Source: Bacillota bacterium
GTDB lineage: Bacteria; Bacillota; Clostridia; Christensenellales; SZUA-584
NCBI GenBank assembly: GCA_023436115.1
Contig: JAEZKQ010000030.1
Location: 177,910 to 241,909, forward strand
DNA: 64,000 bases
Direction: 5' to 3'
Made by a program: the position numbers and the translations under genes. Below are positions 17,933 through 27,890 of this stretch, one piece after another. The notes beneath the pieces are model-generated. The model was not told the DNA's origin, ran no database searches, and worked only from the letters and a program-made list of their open reading frames with translations. The first letter of the stretch is position 1; the number at the start of each line of letters is the position of its first letter.

Positions 17933-18694
17933 TTATAACCGTTTTATATGGAATCCGCCGTCAACATTGATGACCTCTCCGGTTGAGTAGTTCAAGTAAT
18001 CGGAGCAAAATATCGATACCGCTTTGGCGACATCTTCAGGTTGTCCCCAGCGTGTAATCGGACAGATACCCTTTTCAAACAGTTCGTCATATTTCGCTTT
18101 TACACCGGCAGTCATATCTGTCGAGATAATACCCGGCCTGACCTCATAAACATAGATCGACTCACGCGCAAGCCTGTCGGCGTAGAGCTTTGTGAGCATC
18201 GATACACCCGCTTTGGATACGCAATACTCACCCCTGTTGACAGACGACACAGCTGAAGAAATCGACGTGATATTGACGATCGTTCCTTTTTTATGGGAGA
18301 GCGGCTGCTGCGCGATCATTTGTTTCGCGACCAGCTGTGACATAAACATTGTCGCTTTAAGGTTAATTGATACGACCTCATCAAAGCTCTCTTCCGTCAT
18401 ATCCAAAATATCCGCTCTCACTTGCGGAGCTACACCAGCGTTATTCACCAAAACATCAACGCGACCATAGGTATCTAACGCTAAGTCCAGGCAACGCTGT
18501 CTGTCTTTTGGGCTAGTCACATCTCCCTGAACGCTTATGCAGCTGCTGCCTTGAAGCGCTTTTAAATTTTCTTTTATTTTATCATTCAAGTGCGCATGCA
18601 TAATGACGACATTGCAGCCTTCGCTAAGCAATTGTTTAACAATGGCATATCCAATTCCCCGGCTTCCGCCCGTGACGATGGCTGTCTGTTTCAT
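17933..18694 (-). CDS. Short-chain dehydrogenase/reductase (SDR)
   Basis: 253 aa; TGGSRGIG, NNAG, and the S...YxxxK catalytic motif (YCVSK). Confidence 0.85.
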   Translation of the reverse strand: MKQTAIVTGGSRGIGYAIVKQLLSEGCNVVIMHAHLNDKIKENLKALQGSSCISVQGDVTSPKDRQRCLDLALDTYGRVDVLVNNAGVAPQVRADILDMTEESFDEVVSINLKATMFMSQLVAKQMIAQQPLSHKKGTIVNITSISSAVSSVNRGEYCVSKAGVSMLTKLYADRLARESIYVYEVRPGIISTDMTAGVKAKYDELFEKGICPITRWGQPEDVAKAVSIFCSDYLNYSTGEVINVDGGFHIKRL

Positions 18695-18779
18695 GACTGC
18701 TCTCCTAAATCTAAAGCTTAATAAAATCTCACCAAAATAATTCTATAATATTATCCATCGATAATATATAATTAGGCTG

Positions 18780-18803
18780 TACAAAAATTAGCGTTTATTG
18801 CAC
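18780..18803. promoter_or_regulatory. 24-nt motif TACAAAAATTAGCGTTTATTGCAC in the divergent SDR/araC intergenic region
   Basis: Second copy of the 15931-15954 motif. It lies 86 nt upstream of the SDR start and 16 nt upstream of the AraC ATG. Confidence 0.5.
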
Positions 18804-18818
18804 TTGAGGAAATCAAAT

Positions 18819-19655
18819 ATGAGATCGGAAAACACAAGTAGGGACGGTATTGATATTTATTACAGTGAGACCCCGGATTTTCATGTCGTCAACACGCATT
18901 TCCATAATGTCTATCAGATGATATACGTCTGTGAAGGCAATGCTAGTATAAAGATAGACAATAAAAACTACAACGTAACTAAAAGCTGTATTATCTTTAT
19001 CAGCAATCTCGAAAAACATTCCGTTAGCATACAAAAATCGCCCTATAAGCGGTATGTGATATCGCTTGCGCCGAATTTTTGTCATATGATGCTCAAGGAT
19101 TCATTGCTGCTCTCAGTACTCGTGCAGCGTCCCGCCGAGTTTTCCCACGTGATAGCGCTTAGCGATGATTTGGCCGAAAGCGTGGAAAAGATACTCGGCG
19201 CAATGATGAAAGAAAAAAACCAGCAACAAGCGTTTTATACGATACGATTAGCGTCGCTTGTCACCGAGCTGCTTATCCGTTTATACCGCTGCTTCGGCTC
19301 TTATTTCCCGCTCAACAATAAAAGCAGAGCGGCCAATATTGTGACTGACATTCAGCGTTACATCGCTGACAATGCGCAAAATGACTTAACGCTTGAACAA
19401 ATGGCCGCCATGCATTATGTCAGCAAATATTATCTGACACGTATTTTTAAAGACATCACCGGATATACGTTCAAGGACTATTTGATTTTGCACAGGCTGT
19501 CAATCGCCAAGGATCTTTTGATTCACACCGATCTATCGGTGACGGATGTATGTTTTCAGTCAGGCTACAATAACATCAATCACTTTATTCGTATCTTTAA
19601 AAACTATGAAGGCGTGACACCATACCAGTATAAGAAGTCTTATAAGCCTTTATGA
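18819..19655 (+). CDS. AraC family transcriptional regulator (cupin sensor plus HTH)
   Basis: ORF 18798..19655. The likely start is ATG 18819 (MRSENTS) after the gagga RBS. The C-terminus carries tandem HTH_18 motifs. Confidence 0.85.
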   Translation: MRSENTSRDGIDIYYSETPDFHVVNTHFHNVYQMIYVCEGNASIKIDNKNYNVTKSCIIFISNLEKHSVSIQKSPYKRYVISLAPNFCHMMLKDSLLLSVLVQRPAEFSHVIALSDDLAESVEKILGAMMKEKNQQQAFYTIRLASLVTELLIRLYRCFGSYFPLNNKSRAANIVTDIQRYIADNAQNDLTLEQMAAMHYVSKYYLTRIFKDITGYTFKDYLILHRLSIAKDLLIHTDLSVTDVCFQSGYNNINHFIRIFKNYEGVTPYQYKKSYKPL

Positions 19656-20513
19656 TTTGAGGCTTCTTATATACTTGACGGCCTGCGTTCCTGCTTTTGC
19701 CCCTTCATAAACCGCTTTTGCCACTTGCATCATGCCGCCCGTGCAATCTCCAGCGGCGTATAGGCCGGGTATTGACGTGGCCATATTCTCATCTACCTTT
19801 ATTTTTAAGCCTTCCGTTTCGGCTCCCAGCTTTTTAGCAAGATCGCTGCTTCCGGCCACACCGATTGCAACAAAAACACCCGCAAAAGGAAGTGTTGTTC
19901 CGTCGTCAAATCTGATGCCTTCCACCACGTCTTTGCCTTCAATGGCGGTAATTTTCTTCGTAATAATAGCGATATCATTGGGAAACTCGGGTATGGGTGC
20001 TGCCCCATTCGTCAGCAGCGTAACCGATTTGACAACGTGTTTAAGCTCCATGGCCTCATGGAGAGCATATTCACAGCATCCCAGTACCGCAACATCTTTG
20101 CCTTTGTAGAAAAAAGCGTCGCAGGTCGAGCAATAACTGATGCCTTTCCCCTCAAAATCATGGAATCCATTTATTTTCGGCGCTGTTCTGTTGGAGCCGG
20201 TTGCCATAATAACGCATTGTGCTTGATAGTCTTGACTTTTTGTTTTAACAATGAATCCATCTTCATAACCGATGCTGACAACTTGATCATTGATCATTTT
20301 AGCGCCGACCCGTTCAGCCTGCAAAATGCCATCGCTGAGCAGCTTTTCTCCGGTAATCGGTTCGGCAAAACCGTAATAGTTTTCTATCTTATCTGCCTTT
20401 GTCAATGCGCTGCTATTCTCGCTGATAATCAATGTGTTAAGTCTTGCGCGGGCTGTGTATATGGCCGCAGATATTCCTGCCGGGCCGCTTCCTATAACGA
20501 TGATATCATTCAT
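19650..20513 (-). CDS. Thioredoxin-reductase-like flavoprotein lacking the NADPH-binding motifs (ferredoxin-dependent FFTR-like?)
   Basis: 287 aa; GSGPAG FAD motif and the CSTC redox centre. However, VLGCCEYALHEA replaces GGGNSA, and LLTNG replaces HRR. Confidence 0.7.
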   Translation of the reverse strand: MNDIIVIGSGPAGISAAIYTARARLNTLIISENSSALTKADKIENYYGFAEPITGEKLLSDGILQAERVGAKMINDQVVSIGYEDGFIVKTKSQDYQAQCVIMATGSNRTAPKINGFHDFEGKGISYCSTCDAFFYKGKDVAVLGCCEYALHEAMELKHVVKSVTLLTNGAAPIPEFPNDIAIITKKITAIEGKDVVEGIRFDDGTTLPFAGVFVAIGVAGSSDLAKKLGAETEGLKIKVDENMATSIPGLYAAGDCTGGMMQVAKAVYEGAKAGTQAVKYIRSLKS

Positions 20514-20602
20514 GTCAGATTGCCCTCACTTTCCATTACTCTATCGCTAGTTTTTCCATCGCTATGATATAAATACCCCGGGAGTAGACCGGAGAATCGC
20601 TA

Positions 20603-20634
20603 AAATAAAAAACTGCCGGACTGAAGCCGACAGT
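20603..20634 (-). terminator. Rho-independent terminator after 20653..21096
   Basis: Minus strand: ACTGTCGGC ttcagt CCGGCAGT followed by TTTTTATTTT. Confidence 0.6.
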
Positions 20635-20652
20635 TGCAGAATTGGTTTAATA

Positions 20653-21096
20653 TTAAAATTCAATACGAGGCGCTTGCCTCTCTTTAAGATTCCAAGACAT
20701 GTTCCAAATGTATGCGGTTCCTTTGACGATACGGAATATCACGACCTCCGTATTCACACCGGCACGCTCGATATTGTCTTTAAGCCATGCTCTTTCCTGC
20801 AATAAACGCTCGCATAGCTCGTTGTCATTAACGATCTCGGCCACACCGGTAACGCGAAGTGTTTCAAAATTCACAGGGTCATTGGCATTTCGTACAAAGC
20901 ATACCTCCACCTTTGGGTTGTCTTGTATCTGCTTATAAAGGCTTTTTGACATGCCTGTATGAAAGTAAAAGCCGCTCTCATCGGCAAACCACATGAGCAT
21001 TCCTCGTACACGCGGCTGATCATCTTCACTGGTCGCAAGCCAGCCTGATGGATTTTGATTGGCAAACATCAAGACATCATTGAGCTTTTCATTCAT
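20653..21096 (-). CDS. Pyridoxamine 5'-phosphate oxidase family (FMN-binding split barrel) protein
   Basis: ORF 20653..21132. The likely start is MNEKLNDVL at 21096, after GGAGGG. Confidence 0.6.
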   Translation of the reverse strand: MNEKLNDVLMFANQNPSGWLATSEDDQPRVRGMLMWFADESGFYFHTGMSKSLYKQIQDNPKVEVCFVRNANDPVNFETLRVTGVAEIVNDNELCERLLQERAWLKDNIERAGVNTEVVIFRIVKGTAYIWNMSWNLKERQAPRIEF

Positions 21097-21181
21097 TTCT
21101 GATCCCTCCAGAAATATAATTATTTCACTCAATGATAAAGCAGAGTGGCTGCAATCTCTTTCAAAATCCTATTATGTTTTT

Positions 21182-22108
21182 TCAAAATTTGCACTTATTA
21201 CTAAAGATCTGGCGGTATGACGATGGCGTCATTTTGTATTTTTCTATAAAGCAATATGAAAAATAAGATGATGTATTAAATCCACACTTAAGAGCGATTT
21301 CTGTCAGATTGTCCATATGGTGAACCAACATATGACGGGCTTTTTGCAAACGTATCGAATTTAGAAAATCAATTGGTGTCGCCCCTGTTACTGATTTAAA
21401 TATCTTTGTGAAATATCCTGTCGAAAGATTAACATGATCGGCAAGGATTTCTATGGTTATCTTATTTGAAAAATGACTGTTCATATAGGCGATGGCTTTA
21501 TCGACCTCGAAACGATCATATAGATGAACAGGTGTCTGCTTATTCGGAATGATGCTGCGAACAATGTAGTGCGTTATAGTGGGAACGAGGCAATCAAGGA
21601 GATTATGATTATTGTTTCCGCCTTTACCGGCTTCAAGCATAAAGCATCGCAGCAAACCCAGCAGCTCCGGATGCGGAGTAAAAATCTCTCCATAAAAGAC
21701 CGGCACCGGCTGAATGTATTGCGATATTATTTCATCAAAAAACTCCTTATCAACCAAGATGGCTATATAACTCTGGAATGTGTCTTCTTCTGTTTCCTGA
21801 TGCGGAATATCGGGTGATAAGGCTGACAGACATTTACCGTCTGAAATATCGTGTGAAACGTCTTCCCCATTTACAATAAAGTTAGTGATGGGCTGAAAAT
21901 AATAAATAAATGAATAAGCGGGATGTGTGTGGCTGGGCCTGATGGCATAATCACATTGCCCGAAAGTCGGAATGTAAATACTCAATTGAGGATGAAAAAA
22001 ACAGTCTGTTTTATTTATTATAGCTTGGGCAACGCCTTCATCCATAGGACCGACGAGCTTATTCATAATACCGAAATTCGTATGAGATAATGCCATATAA
22101 AACCTCAA
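21182..22108 (-). CDS. AraC family transcriptional regulator
   Basis: 308 aa; C-terminal HTH_18 (ITIEILADHVNLSTGYFTKIFK...FNTSSYFSYCF). Confidence 0.8.
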   Translation of the reverse strand: MRFYMALSHTNFGIMNKLVGPMDEGVAQAIINKTDCFFHPQLSIYIPTFGQCDYAIRPSHTHPAYSFIYYFQPITNFIVNGEDVSHDISDGKCLSALSPDIPHQETEEDTFQSYIAILVDKEFFDEIISQYIQPVPVFYGEIFTPHPELLGLLRCFMLEAGKGGNNNHNLLDCLVPTITHYIVRSIIPNKQTPVHLYDRFEVDKAIAYMNSHFSNKITIEILADHVNLSTGYFTKIFKSVTGATPIDFLNSIRLQKARHMLVHHMDNLTEIALKCGFNTSSYFSYCFIEKYKMTPSSYRQIFSNKCKF

Positions 22109-22148
22109 GCAAAATTATAATATGAACATTTAAAGTTTATCTGCTTAT

Positions 22149-22183
22149 TAAAAAACCCCATTAACCAAAGTGCCAATGAGGTT
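22149..22183 (-). terminator. Rho-independent terminator after the amino-acid ABC operon
   Basis: Minus strand: AACCTCATT ggcactttggtt AATGGGGTT followed by TTTTAATAA. Confidence 0.55.
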
Positions 22184-22208
22184 TGTCAACTCTATCCTTT
22201 GCGGTATT

Positions 22209-22946
22209 TTACCCAAGCACTCTTGTTAAGAATTTGCGGGTACGCTCCTGACGCGGAGCACCGAATATCACATCGGGCGTATCCTCTTCCACGATCACGC
22301 CTTCGTCCATAAAACAGACACGGTTCGATACGTCCCGGGCGAATGCCATTTCATGTGTCACGATCAGCATTGTCAGTCCCGAGCCCGCGAGAGACTTCAT
22401 AACCGAAAGAACCTCGCCTACCATCTCGGGGTCTAACGCAGACGTGGGTTCGTCAAACAGCAGCACCTCAGGGTCCATGGACAACGCCCTGGCGATAGCC
22501 ACACGCTGTTTTTGACCGCCGGAAATCTGTTTTGGCTTTGCGTCGATAAATTGCAGCATGCCGACTTTTTCAAGGAAGTGCTTTGCACGCTCTTCAGCTT
22601 CGCTGCGCTTTCTACCCAGCACCTTCACCTGCCCGACCACGCAGTTATTAAGCACATTCATGTTGTTAAACAGGTTAAATTGCTGAAACACCATGCCTAC
22701 ATGTGTACGGTATTTTGTAATTGGCATATCAGAATGCTGAATATCTTTGCCGTGATAGAGTATCTCGCCCTTTGTGGGCGTCTCCAAAAGGTTTACGCAC
22801 CGAAGCAGCGTGGACTTACCCGAACCGGAGGAGCCGATAATGCAAACGACCTCCCCTTTCGCCACGCTGAAGTTTATATCTTTGAGAACCTCATTGTTGC
22901 CGAAATTCTTCCCAAGATGGTTGATTTGAATTACCGCGTCAGTCAT
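22209..22946 (-). CDS. Amino acid ABC transporter ATP-binding protein (GlnQ-like)
   Basis: 245 aa; [35 protein letters not shown]. Confidence 0.9.
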   Translation of the reverse strand: MTDAVIQINHLGKNFGNNEVLKDINFSVAKGEVVCIIGSSGSGKSTLLRCVNLLETPTKGEILYHGKDIQHSDMPITKYRTHVGMVFQQFNLFNNMNVLNNCVVGQVKVLGRKRSEAEERAKHFLEKVGMLQFIDAKPKQISGGQKQRVAIARALSMDPEVLLFDEPTSALDPEMVGEVLSVMKSLAGSGLTMLIVTHEMAFARDVSNRVCFMDEGVIVEEDTPDVIFGAPRQERTRKFLTRVLG

Positions 22947-23736
22947 TGTTCTTCCCCTGTTTTTTTGCTTTGATTAATAAAGTCATCTCTTCGGCCGTCA
23001 TGTTTTGCGATCCGCGTAGATTGTACGAGGCAGGCCCGTCCATTCTCTTTTCAATCATAAGAAGTATACGGGTTATCGTGAAGTTGATCACAAGATAGAT
23101 CACGCATGCGATAAACGCTGCTTCAAAGAACCGTACAAAAGTACCGGCTGCCGATTTTGTGATAAAGAACAACTCCGAAACGGATATGACACTAAGCACA
23201 GAGCTATCCTTAATGTTAATGACAAACTCGTTACCGATGGATGGCATGATGTTGCGTAGTGCCTGCGGTAAAATGACATGTATCATTGTCTGCCAATGTG
23301 TCATACCGATGGACTGAGCGCCCTCTGTTTGTCCGCTGTCTACAGAGATGATTCCTCCGCGCACAATCTCAGCCATATAAGCGCCGGTATTGATCGAAAC
23401 GACGACAATACCAGCTACCAGCGGCGACATGTCAAGGCCAAACATTTCAGCTGACCCGTAGTAAATCAGCATGGCCTGAACCATCATGGGGGTCGTGCGG
23501 AATACCTCTACATAAGCCGTCAGTATTCCGCGCGCTATTTTTAATAGTATCTTCTTAAAAATGTTATCCTTTGGCCGGATCGGAATGGTGCGTATGACCG
23601 CAACCAGAGCACCGATAAGAAAGCCAACAATTGTACCCGCGATGGCAATTAATATCGTGTAAAGTGCGCCTTGCAAAAACAAAGGTCCGTATTGTTCAAG
23701 TATGTATAAGACTCCACCAAAAAACGATTCCGGCAT
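22939..23736 (-). CDS. Amino acid ABC transporter permease (HisMQ/GlnP family)
   Basis: 265 aa polytopic protein; EAA-like loop [27 protein letters not shown]. Confidence 0.85.
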   Translation of the reverse strand: MPESFFGGVLYILEQYGPLFLQGALYTILIAIAGTIVGFLIGALVAVIRTIPIRPKDNIFKKILLKIARGILTAYVEVFRTTPMMVQAMLIYYGSAEMFGLDMSPLVAGIVVVSINTGAYMAEIVRGGIISVDSGQTEGAQSIGMTHWQTMIHVILPQALRNIMPSIGNEFVINIKDSSVLSVISVSELFFITKSAAGTFVRFFEAAFIACVIYLVINFTITRILLMIEKRMDGPASYNLRGSQNMTAEEMTLLIKAKKQGKNND

Positions 23737-23760
23737 TGGTAACTCCCTAAAGTTGTTTTA

Positions 23761-24666
23761 TTATCCCTGTAAAGGCTGCTGTTTCACAGCTGTATTCATG
23801 AGTTCCTGACGCTGCTCTTCAGAAATACCGGCAAGTATCTCATTGATTTTGCTAATAAGCTCTTCCTGACCCTTCTTAATGGCAACAGCCACAGCTGTAT
23901 CGTCCGAAGATGCTTCAAAGCCTTCGCCCTCGGCGAATTCTACAAATGTCAGATCAGGATTAGACTCCATAGCCGATACCGCGCCCGGACGCTCGGAAAT
24001 GTAGCCGTCGATTTTTCCGGACTCCAAAGCAACGATCATGGCCGGGAATGTTTCCATAGCCGTCTGCTGATTCACGCCTTCGATCTGCGGAATCACAGTA
24101 TAATGGAATGTATTGAGCTGTCCGGTGATCTTCGCTCCGGCAAAGTCTGAGAGTTTTGTGGCACTGGCATAAGGGCTGTCTTTTTTCACAACGATAACCA
24201 ATTCCGAGTTGTAATAGTTGTCTGTGAAATCAACCGTCGCTTTACGCTTTTCCGTCGGTGACATACCGGCGATAATCGCGTCGATTTTGCCGGATGTTAA
24301 GGCGGGAGGCAGTCCGTCCCATTCCGTTTTCACGATGACAAGCTTTTTGCCAAGACCTTCAGCGATTATTTTTGCGATCTCAACGTCATAGCCGCCGGCA
24401 TAGCCGCCGCTGGAAAGCTCGATAGCTCCGTTGCTGTCGTCTGTCTGTGTCCAGTTGAAAGGCGGATAGTTGCATTCCATACCGACGCGGAACTCTTCTT
24501 GGGTTTCGGCCGATTCGTCGGCTGCCGCAGTCTCATCAACTGCCGGGGATTTATCAGTTGCCGGGGATTTATCAGCCGCAGGCTGCGTGTTAGGTGTGCA
24601 ACCGGCAAGGCCAATAACGCCAACAAGCATGACCAGAACTAAGATAAACGCAAATATTTTCTTCAT
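23761..24666 (-). CDS. Amino acid ABC transporter substrate-binding lipoprotein
   Basis: 301 aa; lipobox LAGC, an acidic Pro/Ala linker, and an SBP_bac_3-type fold. Confidence 0.8.
   Translation of the reverse strand: MKKIFAFILVLVMLVGVIGLAGCTPNTQPAADKSPATDKSPAVDETAAADESAETQEEFRVGMECNYPPFNWTQTDDSNGAIELSSGGYAGGYDVEIAKIIAEGLGKKLVIVKTEWDGLPPALTSGKIDAIIAGMSPTEKRKATVDFTDNYYNSELVIVVKKDSPYASATKLSDFAGAKITGQLNTFHYTVIPQIEGVNQQTAMETFPAMIVALESGKIDGYISERPGAVSAMESNPDLTFVEFAEGEGFEASSDDTAVAVAIKKGQEELISKINEILAGISEEQRQELMNTAVKQQPLQG
24541..24576. repeat. 18-bp tandem duplication inside the SBP linker
   Basis: TGCCGGGGATTTATCAGT / TGCCGGGGATTTATCAGC, encoding DKSPATDKSPAV on the minus strand. Confidence 0.9.
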
Positions 24667-24799
24667 GTTTCTCTCCTATATAAGTAATTATAATTTAACA
24701 TATTAACAGAGCAAAATTACACTATTTATATTCTCATTTTCTTATCATTTCGTCAAGTAAAAACAGTATTGTATCACTTATTCGCATAATTGGCATGCT

Positions 24800-25798
24800 T
24801 TAATTTTTTTCGCACTTAAGTTCAATACGATTGGCCCTTGAAGAAGAGACTTGAGACCAGATAATAGCAGCGAAAACAAGCGTGCATCCCGCTAATTCAA
24901 TCAACGTTAAACTTTCATTGAGGAATATAACACCGGCTATGACTGCAAAAACAGATTCCGTACTCATTATTAACGATGCCAGCGTGGGATCCGTATTCTT
25001 TTGTCCCAATATTTGCAGCGTGTAGGCCAAAGCGCCGGACACCACACCCAGATACAATATGGGTACCCAACATGCGAGTACCGCGTTAAAATCCGGTGTT
25101 TCAAAAATAAGCATCAGTATGCCTGAGATGACGGAAGCTGTGAAAAACTGAATGCAAGATAGTTGTATCCCGTTTGTTTGCGGTGAAAAATGATCGATAA
25201 TAAGTATATGCAAAGCAAATAATACTGCGGATAGCAATACGACCGCATTGCCTTTATCCAGTGAAATGCCTTCGTTTGCGCTCAGCAAATAAAAGCCCCC
25301 AGTTGCCACAATGACGCTTAACCAAATCGATAATGTAACCTTCTTTTTTCTGAATATGCCGAGTATCGGGACAAAAACAATGTAAAGCGCTGTAATAAAA
25401 CCCGCTTTCCCTGCCGTTGTGCCACTCAATCCTATCTGCTGTGCGTTTGTCGCAAGACCTAAAAAAAGACCACATAATAGTCCGCCAGCGATAAGCTTTT
25501 TAAATGAGCTCCTTTTATGCTCAGCAGAAACCCGCTTTTCGACGTTTTTCTTTCTACTGATAAGAACGAAAGGCAGCAAAGCAATGCCGCTTATTAAAAA
25601 ACGTGTGAATGTGAATGTAAATGTACCGATCTGTACGATGCCAATTTTTTGAGCGACAAATGCGGCTCCCCAAATGAATGCTGTTAAAAATAAAAGAAAG
25701 CTGCCGCTCATTTTTTTATTTATCAAGATTTCCTCCGCATAAAAAATGAAAAAATATATAACAGTAAGTTGTATAACATATGTCGAATTGTTTTGCAA
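24800..25798 (-). CDS. DMT superfamily (EamA) transporter
   Basis: 332-aa ORF with 10 TMs. The true start may be M30 (MSGSFLLF, 25711). Confidence 0.75.
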   Translation of the reverse strand: MQNNSTYVIQLTVIYFFIFYAEEILINKKMSGSFLLFLTAFIWGAAFVAQKIGIVQIGTFTFTFTRFLISGIALLPFVLISRKKNVEKRVSAEHKRSSFKKLIAGGLLCGLFLGLATNAQQIGLSGTTAGKAGFITALYIVFVPILGIFRKKKVTLSIWLSVIVATGGFYLLSANEGISLDKGNAVVLLSAVLFALHILIIDHFSPQTNGIQLSCIQFFTASVISGILMLIFETPDFNAVLACWVPILYLGVVSGALAYTLQILGQKNTDPTLASLIMSTESVFAVIAGVIFLNESLTLIELAGCTLVFAAIIWSQVSSSRANRIELKCEKN

Positions 25799-25932
25799 CG
25801 TAAAGTTGTCAATATTGCCATCGCTAAATGTACACAGCGCTTTATATAGATAAATCTGACTTGGAAAGGTTATACGCTATGAATACGTTTTCGCGTTTTG
25901 AGGCAGATTATATTAAAAAGGAGGACTAAAAT

Positions 25933-26103
25933 ATGCAATCACATAAAATGAACCATCCGAATCCAGGTATCAAATGCCAGGTAGATTCATGTTATTATTA
26001 CATGAATGGAGACCAATGCACTGCGGATCGGATTGAAGTTATGCCTAAAAATGCTGACAGCACAGAGGATACTAACTGCGGCACATTTGCTAAAAAAAGT
26101 TAA
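25933..26103 (+). CDS. DUF1540-like small cysteine-containing protein (56 aa), below the ORF-track cutoff
   Basis: aaaaaGGAGGactaaaatATG; MQSHKMNHPNPGIKCQVDSCYYYMNGDQCTADRIEVMPKNADSTEDTNCGTFAKKS. The KC.V..C.Y......C.A..I.V pattern matches my memory of DUF1540. Confidence 0.6.
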   Translation: MQSHKMNHPNPGIKCQVDSCYYYMNGDQCTADRIEVMPKNADSTEDTNCGTFAKKS

Positions 26104-26107
26104 TAAA

Positions 26108-26133
26108 ACTGCCGGGAAACCGGCAGTTTTATT
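26108..26133. terminator. Bidirectional rho-independent terminator
   Basis: Perfect 8-bp stem ACTGCCGG GAAA CCGGCAGT followed by TTTTATT. An A-run precedes it, so it also serves the convergent minus-strand operon. Confidence 0.8.
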
Positions 26134-26150
26134 CCTGATAGCGTTATTCG

Positions 26151-26978
26151 TTACTTTTGCTTTTGAATATAACGCTTTTCCACATATGCCACAGCTAAAT
26201 ACATGAGAGCTGCAACAACGGCAAGAATGAGTATGCTCGCCATCACCAGATCCAGCTTAAAAACATGACCCCCGTAAACGATCAAATACCCAAGGCCCGC
26301 TTTTGATACCAGATACTCTCCCACGATAACGCCCACCCATGTCATTCCCACGTTGATCTTTATTGTGGAAATGATTGAAGGAACGCTGGCCGGAAGAACG
26401 ACCATCCTAAGTATCTGAGCTCTCGTGGCACCAAAAGTCCGCATTAACAGTATTTTTTCCTCGCTGACTTCCAAAAACCCGTTTAACACACTTAATACAG
26501 CCACGATAACGGAAATCAGCAGAGCCATTGTAATGATAGCGCCCTCCCCGGCACCAACCCAGATTATGATAACCGGCCCGAGCGCTATTTTGGGCAGGCT
26601 GTTGAGTACTACCAGATACGGATCAAGCGTTTTCGCGACTATAGGCGACCACCATAATACGATGGCGATACCGATTCCCAAAAGCGTCCCGATCGTAAAG
26701 CCCGCAACTGTCTCCCATAACGTGACACCGATATGCATAAACAACTCGCCTTCATTATATAACGAAACAACGGTTTTCACGATTCTTGAAGGAGAGCTCA
26801 TAATAAAAGGGTCTATCCACTGCAAAGAGGCAGCCACTTCCCACAACCCAATGAAGGCGATCAACAACCCGATTCTTAAGACGATAACTGTCCGATGATC
26901 TCGTTTTAATCGGTTCAGATAAGCGATATGTTCTTTTGAATAGTCTACCGATGCTTTGCTTTTTATGTTAATTGGCAT
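26151..26978 (-). CDS. ABC transporter permease, NitT/TauT (nitrate/sulfonate/bicarbonate) family
   Basis: ORF 26151..27080. The likely start is MPINIKSK at 26978, overlapping the ATPase stop. Confidence 0.75.
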   Translation of the reverse strand: MPINIKSKASVDYSKEHIAYLNRLKRDHRTVIVLRIGLLIAFIGLWEVAASLQWIDPFIMSSPSRIVKTVVSLYNEGELFMHIGVTLWETVAGFTIGTLLGIGIAIVLWWSPIVAKTLDPYLVVLNSLPKIALGPVIIIWVGAGEGAIITMALLISVIVAVLSVLNGFLEVSEEKILLMRTFGATRAQILRMVVLPASVPSIISTIKINVGMTWVGVIVGEYLVSKAGLGYLIVYGGHVFKLDLVMASILILAVVAALMYLAVAYVEKRYIQKQK

Positions 26979-27738
26979 TGACAGCCAGCTCCTTCCATAT
27001 GAAATCAAAATACTGACTGAAACCTTGCGCTTTCCTCTTTTCAATAGGTGAGAAGCTCTCGGTTTCCAAGCTGATATCAATACAAGCTTTTACGGTTGCA
27101 GGTCTTTGTGAAAGCACGATGACTCTGTCAGACATGGAAATCGCTTCAGCGATATCATGGGTAACCAATACAGCCGTTTTATTCTCCAACCTTATGATTT
27201 TTGAGATCTCATCAGAGAGAACAAGCCTTGTCTGGTAATCGAGCGATGAGAATGGTTCATCCAGCAGCAGTATCTGAGGATCCACTGCCAGTGTACGGAT
27301 AAGTGCCACCTTTTGTCGCATACCGCCGGAAAGCTGTCTTGGATGATAACGGGCAAAGTCTCCGAGCCCATATTTAACCAATAAATCCAAGGCTTTTGTT
27401 TTGGTTTCTTTTGTACATTTCTTTTGTACTTGCAGCCCCAGCAGTATATTTTGATCAATCGTTCGCCATTCAAAAAGATGATCTCTTTGAAGCATATAGG
27501 CCACGGAATCGTTATGTCCGTCTACCTGTTTACCATCGATCAATATCTTTCCTTTTGTCGGCTCAATCATACCGGCAATCATCGACAAAACGGTGGTTTT
27601 GCCGCAGCCGCTTGGCCCGACAATACTTAAAAACTCACCTTTATACACTGAAAAATTCAGGTCTTTAATTACAGCAATCTCGTCTTGTGCTGTATGATAA
27701 TTCTTATTAATATCTTGGACTTTAACAAGTTCCTCCAA
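26968..27738 (-). CDS. ABC transporter ATP-binding protein, NitT/TauT family
   Basis: 256 aa; GPSGCGKTT, LSGGMRQKVALIRTL, LLLDEPFSSLD. Confidence 0.9.
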   Translation of the reverse strand: MEELVKVQDINKNYHTAQDEIAVIKDLNFSVYKGEFLSIVGPSGCGKTTVLSMIAGMIEPTKGKILIDGKQVDGHNDSVAYMLQRDHLFEWRTIDQNILLGLQVQKKCTKETKTKALDLLVKYGLGDFARYHPRQLSGGMRQKVALIRTLAVDPQILLLDEPFSSLDYQTRLVLSDEISKIIRLENKTAVLVTHDIAEAISMSDRVIVLSQRPATVKACIDISLETESFSPIEKRKAQGFSQYFDFIWKELAVNAN

Positions 27739-27890
27739 AATTTTATCTCCCCTTTACAATGATCCATCATTATTGCGGTATAATCTAATATATTCAAATA
27801 GCTCCGATGGGTTCTGGAACCAAAATGTGTTCGCAACAATAAAATTGAGCCCCAAAATATAAATTTCGAGGCTCAAGTATAAGTACTTTA

